Assembly: GCA_039090665.1 (NCBI GenBank) | Contig: JAWCSL010000003.1 | Span: forward strand, 1 to 63,499 | DNA length: 63,499 bases | Direction of reading: 5' to 3' | From: Candidatus Aenigmatarchaeota archaeon | Lineage (GTDB): Archaea > Aenigmatarchaeota > Aenigmatarchaeia > CG10238-14 > SCSR01 | Shown here: positions 25,784-35,346 of the stretch, piece by piece | Layout: each line of letters begins with the position of its first letter | Position numbering within the stretch: position 1 is the first letter of the stretch | Notes under the pieces: generated by a model | What the model was told of the DNA's origin: nothing | Databases searched by the model: none | What the model saw: the letters and a program-made list of their open reading frames with translations, nothing else | Translations under genes and position numbers: made by a program

Positions 25784-26143
25784 TTAAATCAATCCCCTTG
25801 CTTTATCTTCCCTTGCTTGTTTTTCAAGTTCAGGCTTAATTTTTATTAGTCCTTCAAAAAGTTTTTCATAATATTCTTCAGAAATTAGTCTATCATCTTT
25901 CAATTGTTTGAGGAGAATAAAAGCATCTAGGTTTACTTCGTCCCTTTTTTTCATTTCCTCAGGTTTGCAATTTTCTTTTTTCATTTCTTCTTTTCTACAA
26001 GCTTCGCACAAAACTCTGGCAACAACATTGTAAATTTCAGCAACAACAATTTGTTCAGGATATGGAATTTGCTGGGTTCTTGCTATTTCTTCTTTCATCT
26101 TTTCAATTGTTTCTTTTACGGCTTTAAGAGCACAATCCTCCAT
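25784..26143 (-). CDS. Hypothetical helical protein
   Basis: 119-aa ORF with native-looking composition; no motif recognised. Confidence 0.55.
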   Translation of the reverse strand: MEDCALKAVKETIEKMKEEIARTQQIPYPEQIVVAEIYNVVARVLCEACRKEEMKKENCKPEEMKKRDEVNLDAFILLKQLKDDRLISEEYYEKLFEGLIKIKPELEKQAREDKARGLI

Positions 26144-26182
26144 ATAATCATCTTTTTAAAATTTTTCTTCTTAATTTTATTT

Positions 26183-26620
26183 ATGGAAGAGTCTCAATTC
26201 CAAAATTTTCCTAACCCTCAAATACTCGCTGCTGCTTTAGTAGCTAAGGCTCGAGGTAAACTTAATTTAACTACTTTACAAAAATTACTCTGGGAAGGCT
26301 TTAATTTGAATGATGAAGAATATGAAAAAATAAAACAACTTGAAGGAATTAAAACTTCAGAGCTCTCATCAGAACTAAAAAAACTAGGAGTTGACCATAT
26401 TCCTATAGAGGAAATTGAAAGTTTTCTTAATTTCTATTTCAAACCAGATCTTCCAACACAAAGAGTTTTGAAAATAATTTTTTCTATCCCCCAAGGCATT
26501 TTTTTGTCATATCTTGAAAGGCAAATTGAATTGAATAAAATTGAACTAAAGTTCCCCATACTTGATTACTTGGAAGCGTTAAAGTTAGGTTATAAAAAAG
26601 AAAATATATTTATACCTTAA
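26183..26620 (+). CDS. Hypothetical protein
   Basis: ORF from ATG 26183 (MEESQFQNF); the track's N-terminal extension overlaps the neighbouring gene. Confidence 0.55.
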   Translation: MEESQFQNFPNPQILAAALVAKARGKLNLTTLQKLLWEGFNLNDEEYEKIKQLEGIKTSELSSELKKLGVDHIPIEEIESFLNFYFKPDLPTQRVLKIIFSIPQGIFLSYLERQIELNKIELKFPILDYLEALKLGYKKENIFIP

Positions 26621-26870
26621 TAAGAAAAAAATGCAAAAGGTTTGGAGTTTTCTTAGTGACGAAAACTATAAAGTTACATTTTCTCCAGAGTTTATCTCAA
26701 ACTACTGAAATCCATTTTTCCCTTAAATTTATCCAAATTACTGTCTGAGAAAGAGTTAAAAGTTTTTATAAGTTTTAGTGAAGAGAAAAAAAATCAAGCA
26801 AAAAATGTAACACTAAGCAATTCAGAGTAAATAATTTATACCATCTTTTTCAAATTCTGATAAAGAGAAA

Positions 26871-27107
26871 ATGTTAAAAGAAGAAAACAAAGTGGTTAAA
26901 GATATAATAACTGGCAATGCTGTTCCAAAGAGCATAAGCTTGATTGAACTTGAAAAGAATTATGCCTTACTTGCTGAGATGTTTGCTCGATTGTTAGATA
27001 GAATTAAAACAATAGAAGACGAATTAGATAAGTTGGAAGAAAAAGTTGCGCTACTTCTTATGGAAAAAGAAGAAAATAAAAGAAAGAAAAACAATAGAGA
27101 AGTTTAA
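26871..27107 (+). CDS. Small coiled-coil protein
   Basis: Heptad-like LLDRIKTIEDELDKLEEKV. Confidence 0.6.
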   Translation: MLKEENKVVKDIITGNAVPKSISLIELEKNYALLAEMFARLLDRIKTIEDELDKLEEKVALLLMEKEENKRKKNNREV

Positions 27108-27163
27108 GTCTTGTTTTCTTAATCGAAAAGCTTAAATCTTTTAATTACTTTTAAGTAATCACC

Positions 27164-27469
27164 ATGAACAACTTAAAAATCTTCGAAATAAGTGAAGTGT
27201 TAGCTTCGGCAAAGAGAACTTTGTTACTTTTTTTGCTTAACAACCAACCGATGAGCTACACTCAGATAGAAAAAGGGTTTAGAAAGAATGAAGTGAAAAT
27301 AGGTAGTAGTGAGATTTACAAGCATCTGGATGTTTTGCTTAAATATCGCTACATAGCAAAACGTGGCAAAATGTACATGGTAACACTTAAAGGAAAAAAA
27401 CTGGTAGAAAGCTTGAGTTCTATTGAAAATGTACCACCAACTATTCCAAAGATTGAAATGGTTTTCTAG
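27164..27469 (+). CDS. Winged-helix (ArsR-like) DNA-binding protein
   Basis: SSEIYKHLDVLLKYRYIAK...YMVTLKGKKL pattern. Confidence 0.75.
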   Translation: MNNLKIFEISEVLASAKRTLLLFLLNNQPMSYTQIEKGFRKNEVKIGSSEIYKHLDVLLKYRYIAKRGKMYMVTLKGKKLVESLSSIENVPPTIPKIEMVF

Positions 27470-27664
27470 AGAATTTTTACTTAATTCTCTTCTCCCTATT
27501 ATTTGATGTTGGTTGCTAAGGGTTGATGATTTTAAAATTTCTCCTTTTCGGATAACTATTTAAATCTTTTCCCAATTTTTTCTATTAGATAGATAAAAAG
27601 CTACTATAGCTTATCCATATACTCTTAAATCTTTTAACTGTTTATTAGTTAATAGGTAGGAAGA

Positions 27665-28642
27665 ATGAAGAAAAAATTGTTGTTGCTAGTAATTTTGGTT
27701 GCAGGAATAATAGTTTTGACAAATTTTGTTCAATTCGTTCAAGCTCCGAGACCATTAAGAGGTTTTGTAATAGATTTACCGTCTACGGTTGACGCTTCTC
27801 CTGGAGAAACTATAACTATAAATGGAACAATTTTGAACATTGGTTATTATTGGCTTCGCAATTTTAACATTTCAGTCTCAGGCTTGCCAGAAGATTTTAA
27901 GGTTAAAGTTATTCCTGAAAAATTTGATGCTGTTAGGATTTTAAGGGAATGGAATCCTGAGCAAGGAGTTTATCGAGTTCCTGAGAAATTCTGGATTGAA
28001 ATAAAAATACCTGAAGGTAAAGTCGGGGCTTTTCTTGTTGAAGTTAAAGGGAAAGAATGGTGGAGTTTTAAGAAAGTGGAAAACTCAACTAAATTTGTTT
28101 TAAGAGTTTCTGCACAACCAAAGCTTTCTATTTCTGATATAGAAGTTCCTGAAAAAGTAGTCGAGTTTAAACCTTTTAACATAAGTTTTGAAGTCAAGAA
28201 CGAGGGAGCTGGTAATTGGCCAGTTTCTTTAAGAGTGATTGCTCCGGAAGACTGGAAAGTTGAACCTGAAGTTCAGAATTTCACGATAAATGCAAGTTCA
28301 TCTGAAAAAGTTGTTTTCACTTTAACACCAACAAACACAAGCGGAAACATTTCAATTTTCATGGAATATCCTTACAAATCAGAAATTTTGAATTTAACCA
28401 AGATTGGGCCAATGATAGTTCCAACTAAGGAAGAAGTTGTTGAAGGAATAAAAATACCAACTGCTTTAGCAGCTTTGACAGAATTTGTTAAAGCAAATCC
28501 AGTTGTTACATTGATTGCAATCATTCTTTTGGCTATAATCTTCTGGAATGTTTGGCAAATAGTGAAGCAGATCAAGTTCAAAAAAGTGAGGAAGAAGCCT
28601 GAAGAGATTGTTGAGACGAACGCAAAAGTAAAACCGGTTTAA
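27665..28642 (+). CDS. Membrane-anchored surface protein with Ig/CARDB-like domains
   Basis: Signal peptide; two beta-rich repeats (PGETITINGTILN; FNISFEVKNEG...PEDWKV); C-terminal TM with basic tail. Confidence 0.75.
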   Translation: MKKKLLLLVILVAGIIVLTNFVQFVQAPRPLRGFVIDLPSTVDASPGETITINGTILNIGYYWLRNFNISVSGLPEDFKVKVIPEKFDAVRILREWNPEQGVYRVPEKFWIEIKIPEGKVGAFLVEVKGKEWWSFKKVENSTKFVLRVSAQPKLSISDIEVPEKVVEFKPFNISFEVKNEGAGNWPVSLRVIAPEDWKVEPEVQNFTINASSSEKVVFTLTPTNTSGNISIFMEYPYKSEILNLTKIGPMIVPTKEEVVEGIKIPTALAALTEFVKANPVVTLIAIILLAIIFWNVWQIVKQIKFKKVRKKPEEIVETNAKVKPV

Positions 28643-28934
28643 ATTAGTTTGAATAAAAAACAAAAATCTTTTACAATCTCTTTTCTGCTTCTCTTGCTTC
28701 AAAGCCAATCTTAAAGTTATCAGCAATTTAATAATCTCAAATAAAGAGTGTGGAATCCAGCCTGTGGAATATTCTTTCTATGAATCTTACACAACAAACA
28801 ATTCATTTTTCAGCAACTTCTTGAATAATTCAAAAAATGTTTGTTTTTGCGATTGGAATTGCTACTGCTTCGCATACTTTTCAAGAAAAGTTCTCCTTTA
28901 ATCTTTTTATATTTTCAAAAAGCAAAATAAAATC

Positions 28935-30137
28935 ATGAAAAAGCTTTTAGCTTTGCTGCTTCTAGCTTTGCTTTTGCCTTTGCTTGCTACAGCTCAATCT
29001 CCAAGATCAAGATTCATAGCCAGGACAAACTTAAGATTCATTCCAGTTTTGCACGGCTGCAAAATTTTGCATGAATTGAATGATGCCACAGCAGTAGAGT
29101 GCTCAGAAGCTGCAGTGGAATTAATGAAAAAATTTGTTTCAGTTGAGGAAGATCAAATTTATTACATCATGGATCTTCAAGCTGATGTGCAAATAGGAGC
29201 AGATAAAGTTTGGGCTCAAGGCTACACAGGCTCAGGAATTGTGATAGCAATTTTGGACACAGGAGTTGATTTGAATCATCCGGAGCTTGTTGATAGCATA
29301 GCAGGAGGCAAAAGCTTTGTTTCTTACACTGAAAGCTTTCAAGATGATAATGGTCATGGGACTCATGTTGCCGGAATAATAACTGCTAATGGTTTAAATG
29401 AGCAAGCAAAGGGTGTTGCACCAGATGCTTTAATTTGGGCAGCAAAAGTTTGTGATTCTTCCGGCTCTTGCTACAGCAGCGACATTGCTGCTGCGATAGA
29501 ATATGTGGTTAACAATAGAATAGCTAAAATCATCAGCATAAGCTTAGGTGGAGGTGGCACCACAAAAGCAAATTGTGATTCTGACTATTTAGCTCAAAAA
29601 GTGAATTGGGCTGTTAGCAATGGTGTGACAGTTGTGGCTGCTGCCGGCAACACTGGTGGTAAAGTTGCTTCACCTGCATGTGCTTCCAAAGCCATAGCAG
29701 TAGGGGCAGTTGACAAGAGCGATAAAAGACCGAGCTGGTCAGGCTCAGGCTCAGCTTTAGACATAGTTGCTCCTGGAGTCAGCATTTATTCTACTATTCC
29801 AGGTGGCTATGCTTCTTGGTCTGGGACAAGCATGGCAACTCCTCATGTTTCAGCTGTTGTTGCTCTGCTTTTACAAGCAAATTCTGCTTTAACTGACAGC
29901 CAAATAAAAGATGCTTTGTACAAAACTGCAAAAGATTTAGGCTCAGCAGGTTGGGACAAATATTATGGTTACGGAAGGGTTGACGCTCATGCTGCCTTGA
30001 ATTATGTTTTGGCACCACCAACCACAACCACCACAACTTTACCATGCTTACCAAGGCTTAGCTCTTGCACTTCAAATGAGCAGTGTTGCTCAGGCTATTG
30101 CAGAAGAATAAGCTCTAACAGAAGCATTTGTTGGTGA
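28935..30137 (+). CDS. Secreted subtilisin-like S8 protease with Thr linker and Cys-knot-like tail
   Basis: ILDTG, GHGTHVAG, AAAGN, GTSMATPHV; PPTTTTTTLPC then C-x6-C-x5-CC-x3-C-x8-C. Confidence 0.93.
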   Translation: MKKLLALLLLALLLPLLATAQSPRSRFIARTNLRFIPVLHGCKILHELNDATAVECSEAAVELMKKFVSVEEDQIYYIMDLQADVQIGADKVWAQGYTGSGIVIAILDTGVDLNHPELVDSIAGGKSFVSYTESFQDDNGHGTHVAGIITANGLNEQAKGVAPDALIWAAKVCDSSGSCYSSDIAAAIEYVVNNRIAKIISISLGGGGTTKANCDSDYLAQKVNWAVSNGVTVVAAAGNTGGKVASPACASKAIAVGAVDKSDKRPSWSGSGSALDIVAPGVSIYSTIPGGYASWSGTSMATPHVSAVVALLLQANSALTDSQIKDALYKTAKDLGSAGWDKYYGYGRVDAHAALNYVLAPPTTTTTTLPCLPRLSSCTSNEQCCSGYCRRISSNRSICW

Positions 30138-30215
30138 AGATGAAAAAGCTTTGTTGTTTTGATTTTCAGAGGAATTCTAGAGAATTTACTTGCTGACAAG
30201 GAAAAAATTTTTTAT

Positions 30216-30650
30216 TTAAATTTCATCAGTTAAATAACCTTCTTTTTTGCTTGGGTTTACAAATAAAGATAATTTTGTTTCTGCAAGAAAATCCAATCCC
30301 AAAATAGATATGCTGGAATATATCATGCCTGCTCTTTTCCAAGCCGTTTCAGCAACTTTTAGATTACTAAAATCTATTGATGCCAAATTACCATTAATAT
30401 CTTTGAAGTTAATTTTAACTTTACCTAACTTGAATAGAGCAATTTTTGTTCCACCCATTATCATATAATGATCCAATTGTAAATTTTTTGTCAAAATTCT
30501 GAATTTTGAGGTTGTGAATTCATCAACAAATGTTTCTGGACTACCAGTGTCAACTATAAAAACAACTGGTATACAACGACCAGAAAAATTCACAGTTGCA
30601 ATTACAGATAATCTATTTCCTTCTTTGTTGAAATCTAGCGGTATCTTCAA
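30216..30650 (-). CDS. Single-domain retropepsin-like aspartic protease
   Basis: FIVDTGSPETFV and ILGLDFL. Confidence 0.8.
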   Translation of the reverse strand: MKIPLDFNKEGNRLSVIATVNFSGRCIPVVFIVDTGSPETFVDEFTTSKFRILTKNLQLDHYMIMGGTKIALFKLGKVKINFKDINGNLASIDFSNLKVAETAWKRAGMIYSSISILGLDFLAETKLSLFVNPSKKEGYLTDEI

Positions 30651-30663
30651 TAAAACCCCGGAT

Positions 30664-30909
30664 TTAATACAAAATTACTGTATTTTTTTCTGGTATAAAA
30701 TACACAAGAATTGTAGTCAAATCTTTTTCTTTTGTTTTGAGTCTATCTCTAAGTTTTTCTATTTCAGTATCATGATCGATAACTTTCCCGTTTTTTATGG
30801 CAATAAATTCATTTTTATATTTCTTTTGTAGTTCTTCATAGTTTTTTCTCACAAGTTCGTCGTTCTTGTCCATTTTTTCTATGAGTTGTAATTGTTTTTG
30901 ACATTCCAC
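30664..30909 (-). CDS. DUF5678-like small protein
   Basis: NYEELQKKYKNEFIAIKNGKVIDHD pattern; directly upstream of the retropepsin. Confidence 0.7.
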   Translation of the reverse strand: MECQKQLQLIEKMDKNDELVRKNYEELQKKYKNEFIAIKNGKVIDHDTEIEKLRDRLKTKEKDLTTILVYFIPEKNTVILY

Positions 30910-31043
30910 AATTTAAATATAAAGGGAGTAATGATTTAAACTTTTTGAATGATTTAATTGAAGTTAGTTCAAATAAAATATTTTGTAACTCCAAGAGTGT
31001 TAAGCTCACAAGAATTAAATTTCCCTAGTCTTTAATTCAACCT

Positions 31044-31871
31044 TCAGCTATATATTTCTCTTGCATTTCTTATAATCAGTTTCAATTTCTTCTTAGAAAT
31101 TCCAGTCTTTCTTTGCAGCTCATCAACATCTTCCTCCAAGAGTTGCTTTATAGTAACAATTCCGGCATCACCAAGCTTTTGCTCTGTCTTAAAATCAAGA
31201 TTTTTCAGTAAGGTTATTGGGTAAAGCTTTTTCTCTTCTATCATGTCTTCAAGACCAGCATCTGCAGGTGCTTTCCACCCAATGTAATCTATTCCCTTGC
31301 ACTCAGCATAAATCAAAGCATGGTCAGAAAATTTCGTGTTGCAGATTACCAAAGCTTTTGAAAAATTGTAGCCATGTCTTCCAAGCTTGAAACCCTCCTT
31401 CAAATCTTCCAGCCTTGCTTGTGTTTCAAGCATGACATCAACTCCAGTGTAAGTGTGAGGTTGAAAGTGGTGCTTGACTTCGACAAAAAAAGTTTCAGTA
31501 CCACGAATTGCAATAGCATCCACTTCATGTGTTATACACTTTCCAGGAACAAGCAAATTCGTTTGTACAGAATAACCATACTCTTTCAAAAGCAAAGCGA
31601 CAAAAATCTCAAAATCTGGTTTTGGTCTTAACCTGCTTATAGCTTCTCTCAAATCTATTCTGTGCTTGAGTTCAGGCTTGAAATCTTTTAGGTAAGTGAA
31701 GATCATCTTCAAGATTTTTTTGGTCGGTATTCCATCGTAAACCTCTTTTTCAATTTTGTTGGCAACAGCTTGGGCTTGCTCCAAGCTAGCATGAAGCCTT
31801 AAACAAGTGTTTATGATTTTGCTCTTGTCGAAAGGCTGTCTTCTTCCGTCAAACTTTGTAACAAAAACCAT
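31044..31871 (-). CDS. ATP-cone + Mrr-like restriction-endonuclease fold + HhH protein
   Basis: VTKFDGRRQPFDKSKI (ATP cone); FEIFVALLL...EVDAIA...VEVKH (PD-D/ExK); C-terminal AGIVTIKQLL. Confidence 0.82.
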   Translation of the reverse strand: MVFVTKFDGRRQPFDKSKIINTCLRLHASLEQAQAVANKIEKEVYDGIPTKKILKMIFTYLKDFKPELKHRIDLREAISRLRPKPDFEIFVALLLKEYGYSVQTNLLVPGKCITHEVDAIAIRGTETFFVEVKHHFQPHTYTGVDVMLETQARLEDLKEGFKLGRHGYNFSKALVICNTKFSDHALIYAECKGIDYIGWKAPADAGLEDMIEEKKLYPITLLKNLDFKTEQKLGDAGIVTIKQLLEEDVDELQRKTGISKKKLKLIIRNAREIYS

Positions 31872-31943
31872 TTCAATTCTTTTTAAAATTTTGGATTTTG
31901 TGTAAAAAATATTTAAGTTATTTTAGCCAACAAAATAACAAAT

Positions 31944-32390
31944 ATGGCCAAATTTTCACAAGAAGCCCTAAAACTAATTTTGCGGTATGGTATGGGATGC
32001 ATTCCTGAAGAAAAAAGGGAGAAAGCAAAAGAGGCTATCTTTGAAAACTGTACAGAAGAACTTGTGAAGGAATTGCTGCCAGAAGCATGCCAAAATTTGG
32101 AAGCTCTTGTGCCAAATGAAATAAAAGAAAATCATGTGAGAAAATATTTTTTAGATCTACACACAAAAATAGCAAGTATAACTGAGAAGATGAATTGCAC
32201 AGCTTTCAAAGCTAAAATCATCAAGTCTTACGGCGATGAGTGTGTAGTAGTTTACAACAACAGAACAGAAAAAGTTAAGTGTTTAGAAAAATTTGATGTT
32301 GGCGATGTGGTTATAGTGCATCGTAGCTATGTGGTTGAAAAATATGATGAAAATCTACACGCTTGGCAATCCTTTGTTGAAAAAAGATAG
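31944..32390 (+). CDS. Hydrogenase-locus protein with HypC-like C-terminal OB segment
   Basis: DVGDVVIVHRSYVVEK resembles HypC VGDYVLVH; adjacent to hydrogenase genes. Confidence 0.6.
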   Translation: MAKFSQEALKLILRYGMGCIPEEKREKAKEAIFENCTEELVKELLPEACQNLEALVPNEIKENHVRKYFLDLHTKIASITEKMNCTAFKAKIIKSYGDECVVVYNNRTEKVKCLEKFDVGDVVIVHRSYVVEKYDENLHAWQSFVEKR

Positions 32391-32712
32391 GTTGGCTCTT
32401 GAAGTAGCAGAAGAGCTTAAAAACAAACTGGAAGTCGAGTTTGTGGAATTCGATCCAATAGAAACAATTGAAGGTGATGTTTGGTTAATGGATGTGGTCA
32501 AAGGAGTAAAAGATGTGGAATTGATAACTGAAGACCATTTTGAGAAAAACAAAGTTTATTCAATGCACGATTTAGACTTATCACACATGCTTGCTCTTTT
32601 GAAAAAGACAGGAAAAATAAAAAGCTTTAAACTGATAGCAATTCCTTTTGGAATGAAGAAAAAAGAAGCAGCAAAGAAAGTGGAGAGATTGCTCAAATCT
32701 TTATCCATTTAA
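32344..32712 (+). CDS. Divergent hydrogenase maturation protease-like protein
   Basis: LGNPLLKKD, LMDVV, SMHDL motifs align with HycI/HyaD-type motifs. Confidence 0.7.
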   Translation: MMKIYTLGNPLLKKDRLALEVAEELKNKLEVEFVEFDPIETIEGDVWLMDVVKGVKDVELITEDHFEKNKVYSMHDLDLSHMLALLKKTGKIKSFKLIAIPFGMKKKEAAKKVERLLKSLSI

Positions 32713-33982
32713 TCTTAAGGAAGTGACTTGCACAGCTGAAGCAAGGATCATAAGCCCTTATCAACCTTTCAATAGCATGCTGCATTTCATGTTTGTCTTT
32801 TCCTTCATCCAGAAGCTTTTGAACCAAATCTTTTATATCTTTTTCCATCTGTATCTGGTTTTGGGCAGTCGGTATTATGAAATTCGCATACTTGACTTTA
32901 CCTTCTTCATTCAAATAGACCATGTGATACAATGTGCCGCGCGGTGCTTCAACCACACCTATCCCTTCAGTTGCTTTAACTGAAATTTTTGGCAAATCTT
33001 CTTGCTTGAAACTAAAGTTTTCGAATATTGATATACAAGAATCTATCGAGTGCAATATTTCTATCGCTTGAGCAAGATTGTTGTCGTAAATGTTGTGAGA
33101 AGGAAACCTTTCCAAGATATTTCCAACACTTTTTATTGTTTTCGGATGTAAAGCTACTTTGTTGAGATTCAGTCTAGCCAAGGCACCAACCATGTATTCT
33201 TTACCTTCAAACTGAAAGCTTGTTGCTTGTGAATAAGGTATGACAACACGGTCAACAAAATCAGCAAAATTTTCTTCAGGGATTACAGTCCCTTCAAAAG
33301 TTCTTATTTCGCCTTCTATGAAGTTGAAGCTTGGGCTACAGAGTGCCACATAATTTCTTTCTTTTTCAAAACTCAATTTACATTTAGCCAATATATCTAT
33401 TAGCTCTAGAGCTTTTTTCCTCACATTTTTCAATTTGCTTACGGCTTCTTCTATTTCTTCTTCAGATGGAACTCTTGAAAAACCACCAATTCTCACTTCA
33501 GTTGGATGCACAGCCCTGCCGCCTATAATTTTGCACACAAAGTTTCCAGCATCTTTGACATCAAAAGCATCTTTTATCAAGTTTGGTTGCTCGTCTGAAA
33601 GCTCAAGCAAAGAATCTTTTTCAAAGATATCTGGAAGAGTGAAAAAATAAAGATGCATGGCATGGTCTCTTATCATTAAGCCAAACGCTAAAAGCTTCTT
33701 CATCACCATCGCTTGTTCACTAACTCTCACCCTCAAGCCTTTCTCTAAAGCTTCTGTTGATGCAAGAACATGTGCTATACTACATGTTCCACAAATTCTA
33801 GAAACGAATTGAGGCACAGCCAAATATTCTTTCTTTCTAGTTGCTTGTGTGAAAAATCTCTTGTTTTCTGCAACTTTCAGTTTAACATCTTTAACTTTTC
33901 CTCCAGAAACTTCTACTTCTAACTTAGCATGTCCTTCTGTCTTGCTTATCTTCTCTATTCCTATTTGGAAATCAGTGTGCAT
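32693..33982 (-). CDS. NiFe hydrogenase large subunit (group 3b-like alpha)
   Basis: KTEGH, SRICGTCSIAH, GGRAVHP, EAPRGTLYH, RAYDPCFSCASH plus a 9-aa extension. Confidence 0.93.
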   Translation of the reverse strand: MHTDFQIGIEKISKTEGHAKLEVEVSGGKVKDVKLKVAENKRFFTQATRKKEYLAVPQFVSRICGTCSIAHVLASTEALEKGLRVRVSEQAMVMKKLLAFGLMIRDHAMHLYFFTLPDIFEKDSLLELSDEQPNLIKDAFDVKDAGNFVCKIIGGRAVHPTEVRIGGFSRVPSEEEIEEAVSKLKNVRKKALELIDILAKCKLSFEKERNYVALCSPSFNFIEGEIRTFEGTVIPEENFADFVDRVVIPYSQATSFQFEGKEYMVGALARLNLNKVALHPKTIKSVGNILERFPSHNIYDNNLAQAIEILHSIDSCISIFENFSFKQEDLPKISVKATEGIGVVEAPRGTLYHMVYLNEEGKVKYANFIIPTAQNQIQMEKDIKDLVQKLLDEGKDKHEMQHAIERLIRAYDPCFSCASHFLKIKWIKI

Positions 33983-34457
33983 TCAAAACACCAAACTCTT
34001 TCAGATATTTTTCAATCACAGCTATCATTTTATCTTCCAGCATAGGGCATCCAGGTACTTCTTCATCTATTTTTACTAAATTTTTTGGAGCAATCGCTTT
34101 TTCCATATGTCCAAATTTCTTCATGATAGGTTTTATCTCTTCCATTTCTTCCTTATCCAAGAAATTCCTTGCATTTGAAGGCGAGCCAGTGATAGCACAA
34201 CTACCAACTGCCACAACCTTCTTGCTCACTTTCCTTATCTTTTCAAGTAACTTTTTTTCTTTTTCAGTAGAGATAACACCTTCTACAAAAGCTACATCTA
34301 TTTCAGAAAGTTCTTCTCTTGTTTGGATTAAACGAAAAGCTTTGAAATCTATCAAATCTTTCCATTCCCTATATTTTTTGTTCAATAGTTCCAAGAAGCT
34401 TATGCTACAGCCTTCATCACATGTGAAAGAAATGAATGCAATTTCTAACCTTTTCAT
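33972..34457 (-). CDS. NiFe hydrogenase small (delta) subunit, proximal-cluster domain only
   Basis: FTCDEGC, VEGVI, AVGSCA, VPGCP; ends 23 aa after GCP. Confidence 0.88.
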   Translation of the reverse strand: MKRLEIAFISFTCDEGCSISFLELLNKKYREWKDLIDFKAFRLIQTREELSEIDVAFVEGVISTEKEKKLLEKIRKVSKKVVAVGSCAITGSPSNARNFLDKEEMEEIKPIMKKFGHMEKAIAPKNLVKIDEEVPGCPMLEDKMIAVIEKYLKEFGVLNAH

Positions 34458-34529
34458 ATTTAATTTTTTACTTCTCTATTTTATTTCTTTTGAGTCAATC
34501 TTATCAATTTTTAAAGCTAAATTTATTCT

Positions 34530-35024
34530 ATGAATCCGAAAGCCTTACTTGAGGCTGCCCTTTTTGTTTCTGATAAGCCTTTAAGCGTAGAAAAGCTTTC
34601 GAAAATTCTGAACATAAGTTCTGAAGAAGTGAAAAAGTTTCTGCTTAAGATTCAAACTGAGCTTCAGCAAGAAGACCATGGTATAGAGCTTGTGGAAACT
34701 CCAGAAGGTTTTGAGCTAAGGGTGAAACAAGAATATAGAGAAAAAGTTGCTAAACTTGCTCCTTTTGCTGATTTGAGCGATGGTATGATGAGGACTTTAG
34801 CGATAGTTGCTGCCAAGCAGCCTATAAAGCAATCTATAATTGTGAAAATTCAAGGAAACAAAGCTTACGGTTACATTGCTAGCTTGGAAGAAAAAGGTTT
34901 GATAAAGAGTGAAAAATTTGGAAGGACAAAGCTTCTCTCAACTACTTCAGACTTTGAAAAATATTTCGGCAAGAGCAGCGAGGAGATAAAGAGGATTTTG
35001 AGCGAAGCTGAGAAGAAAGCTTAA
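34530..35024 (+). CDS. scpB: SMC-Scp complex subunit ScpB
   Basis: LEAALFVS, METLA-like MRTLAIVA..QPI, GRTKLLSTT..FEKYFG. Confidence 0.92.
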   Translation: MNPKALLEAALFVSDKPLSVEKLSKILNISSEEVKKFLLKIQTELQQEDHGIELVETPEGFELRVKQEYREKVAKLAPFADLSDGMMRTLAIVAAKQPIKQSIIVKIQGNKAYGYIASLEEKGLIKSEKFGRTKLLSTTSDFEKYFGKSSEEIKRILSEAEKKA

Positions 35025-35048
35025 ATCTTTTCTTTTTAAGTAAAAATC

Positions 35049-35314
35049 ATGTTAGAAGAGTTAAGAAAGGGTTTTTTTTGATATTGATATATCCTTTACC
35101 AACTTTGTTTTTGCTAGTTTATGCTGGAAAAGAAAAAGCGATAAATATTTTGAAAGAGCATTCAGACACATACTATCAATTTTATAGGAGCAACAGACTG
35201 AGAGGATATGGGATAAAAACTTCTGTAGAAAGATCGATAGCTGGTTATGGTTGCTTCAAAGGCTTTAGAGCTAAACAAATAGATAAGGTTGGGATTCTTC
35301 ACCACTTGATTTAA
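35049..35314 (+). pseudogene. Small ORF interrupted by a frameshift at G-GGT-TTT-TTT-TGA
   Basis: ATG 35049 hits TGA at 35079; the -1 frame continues to 35314. Confidence 0.35.
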
Positions 35315-35346
35315 GAAATTAATTTTGCTTAAGCCAACTTATTATC

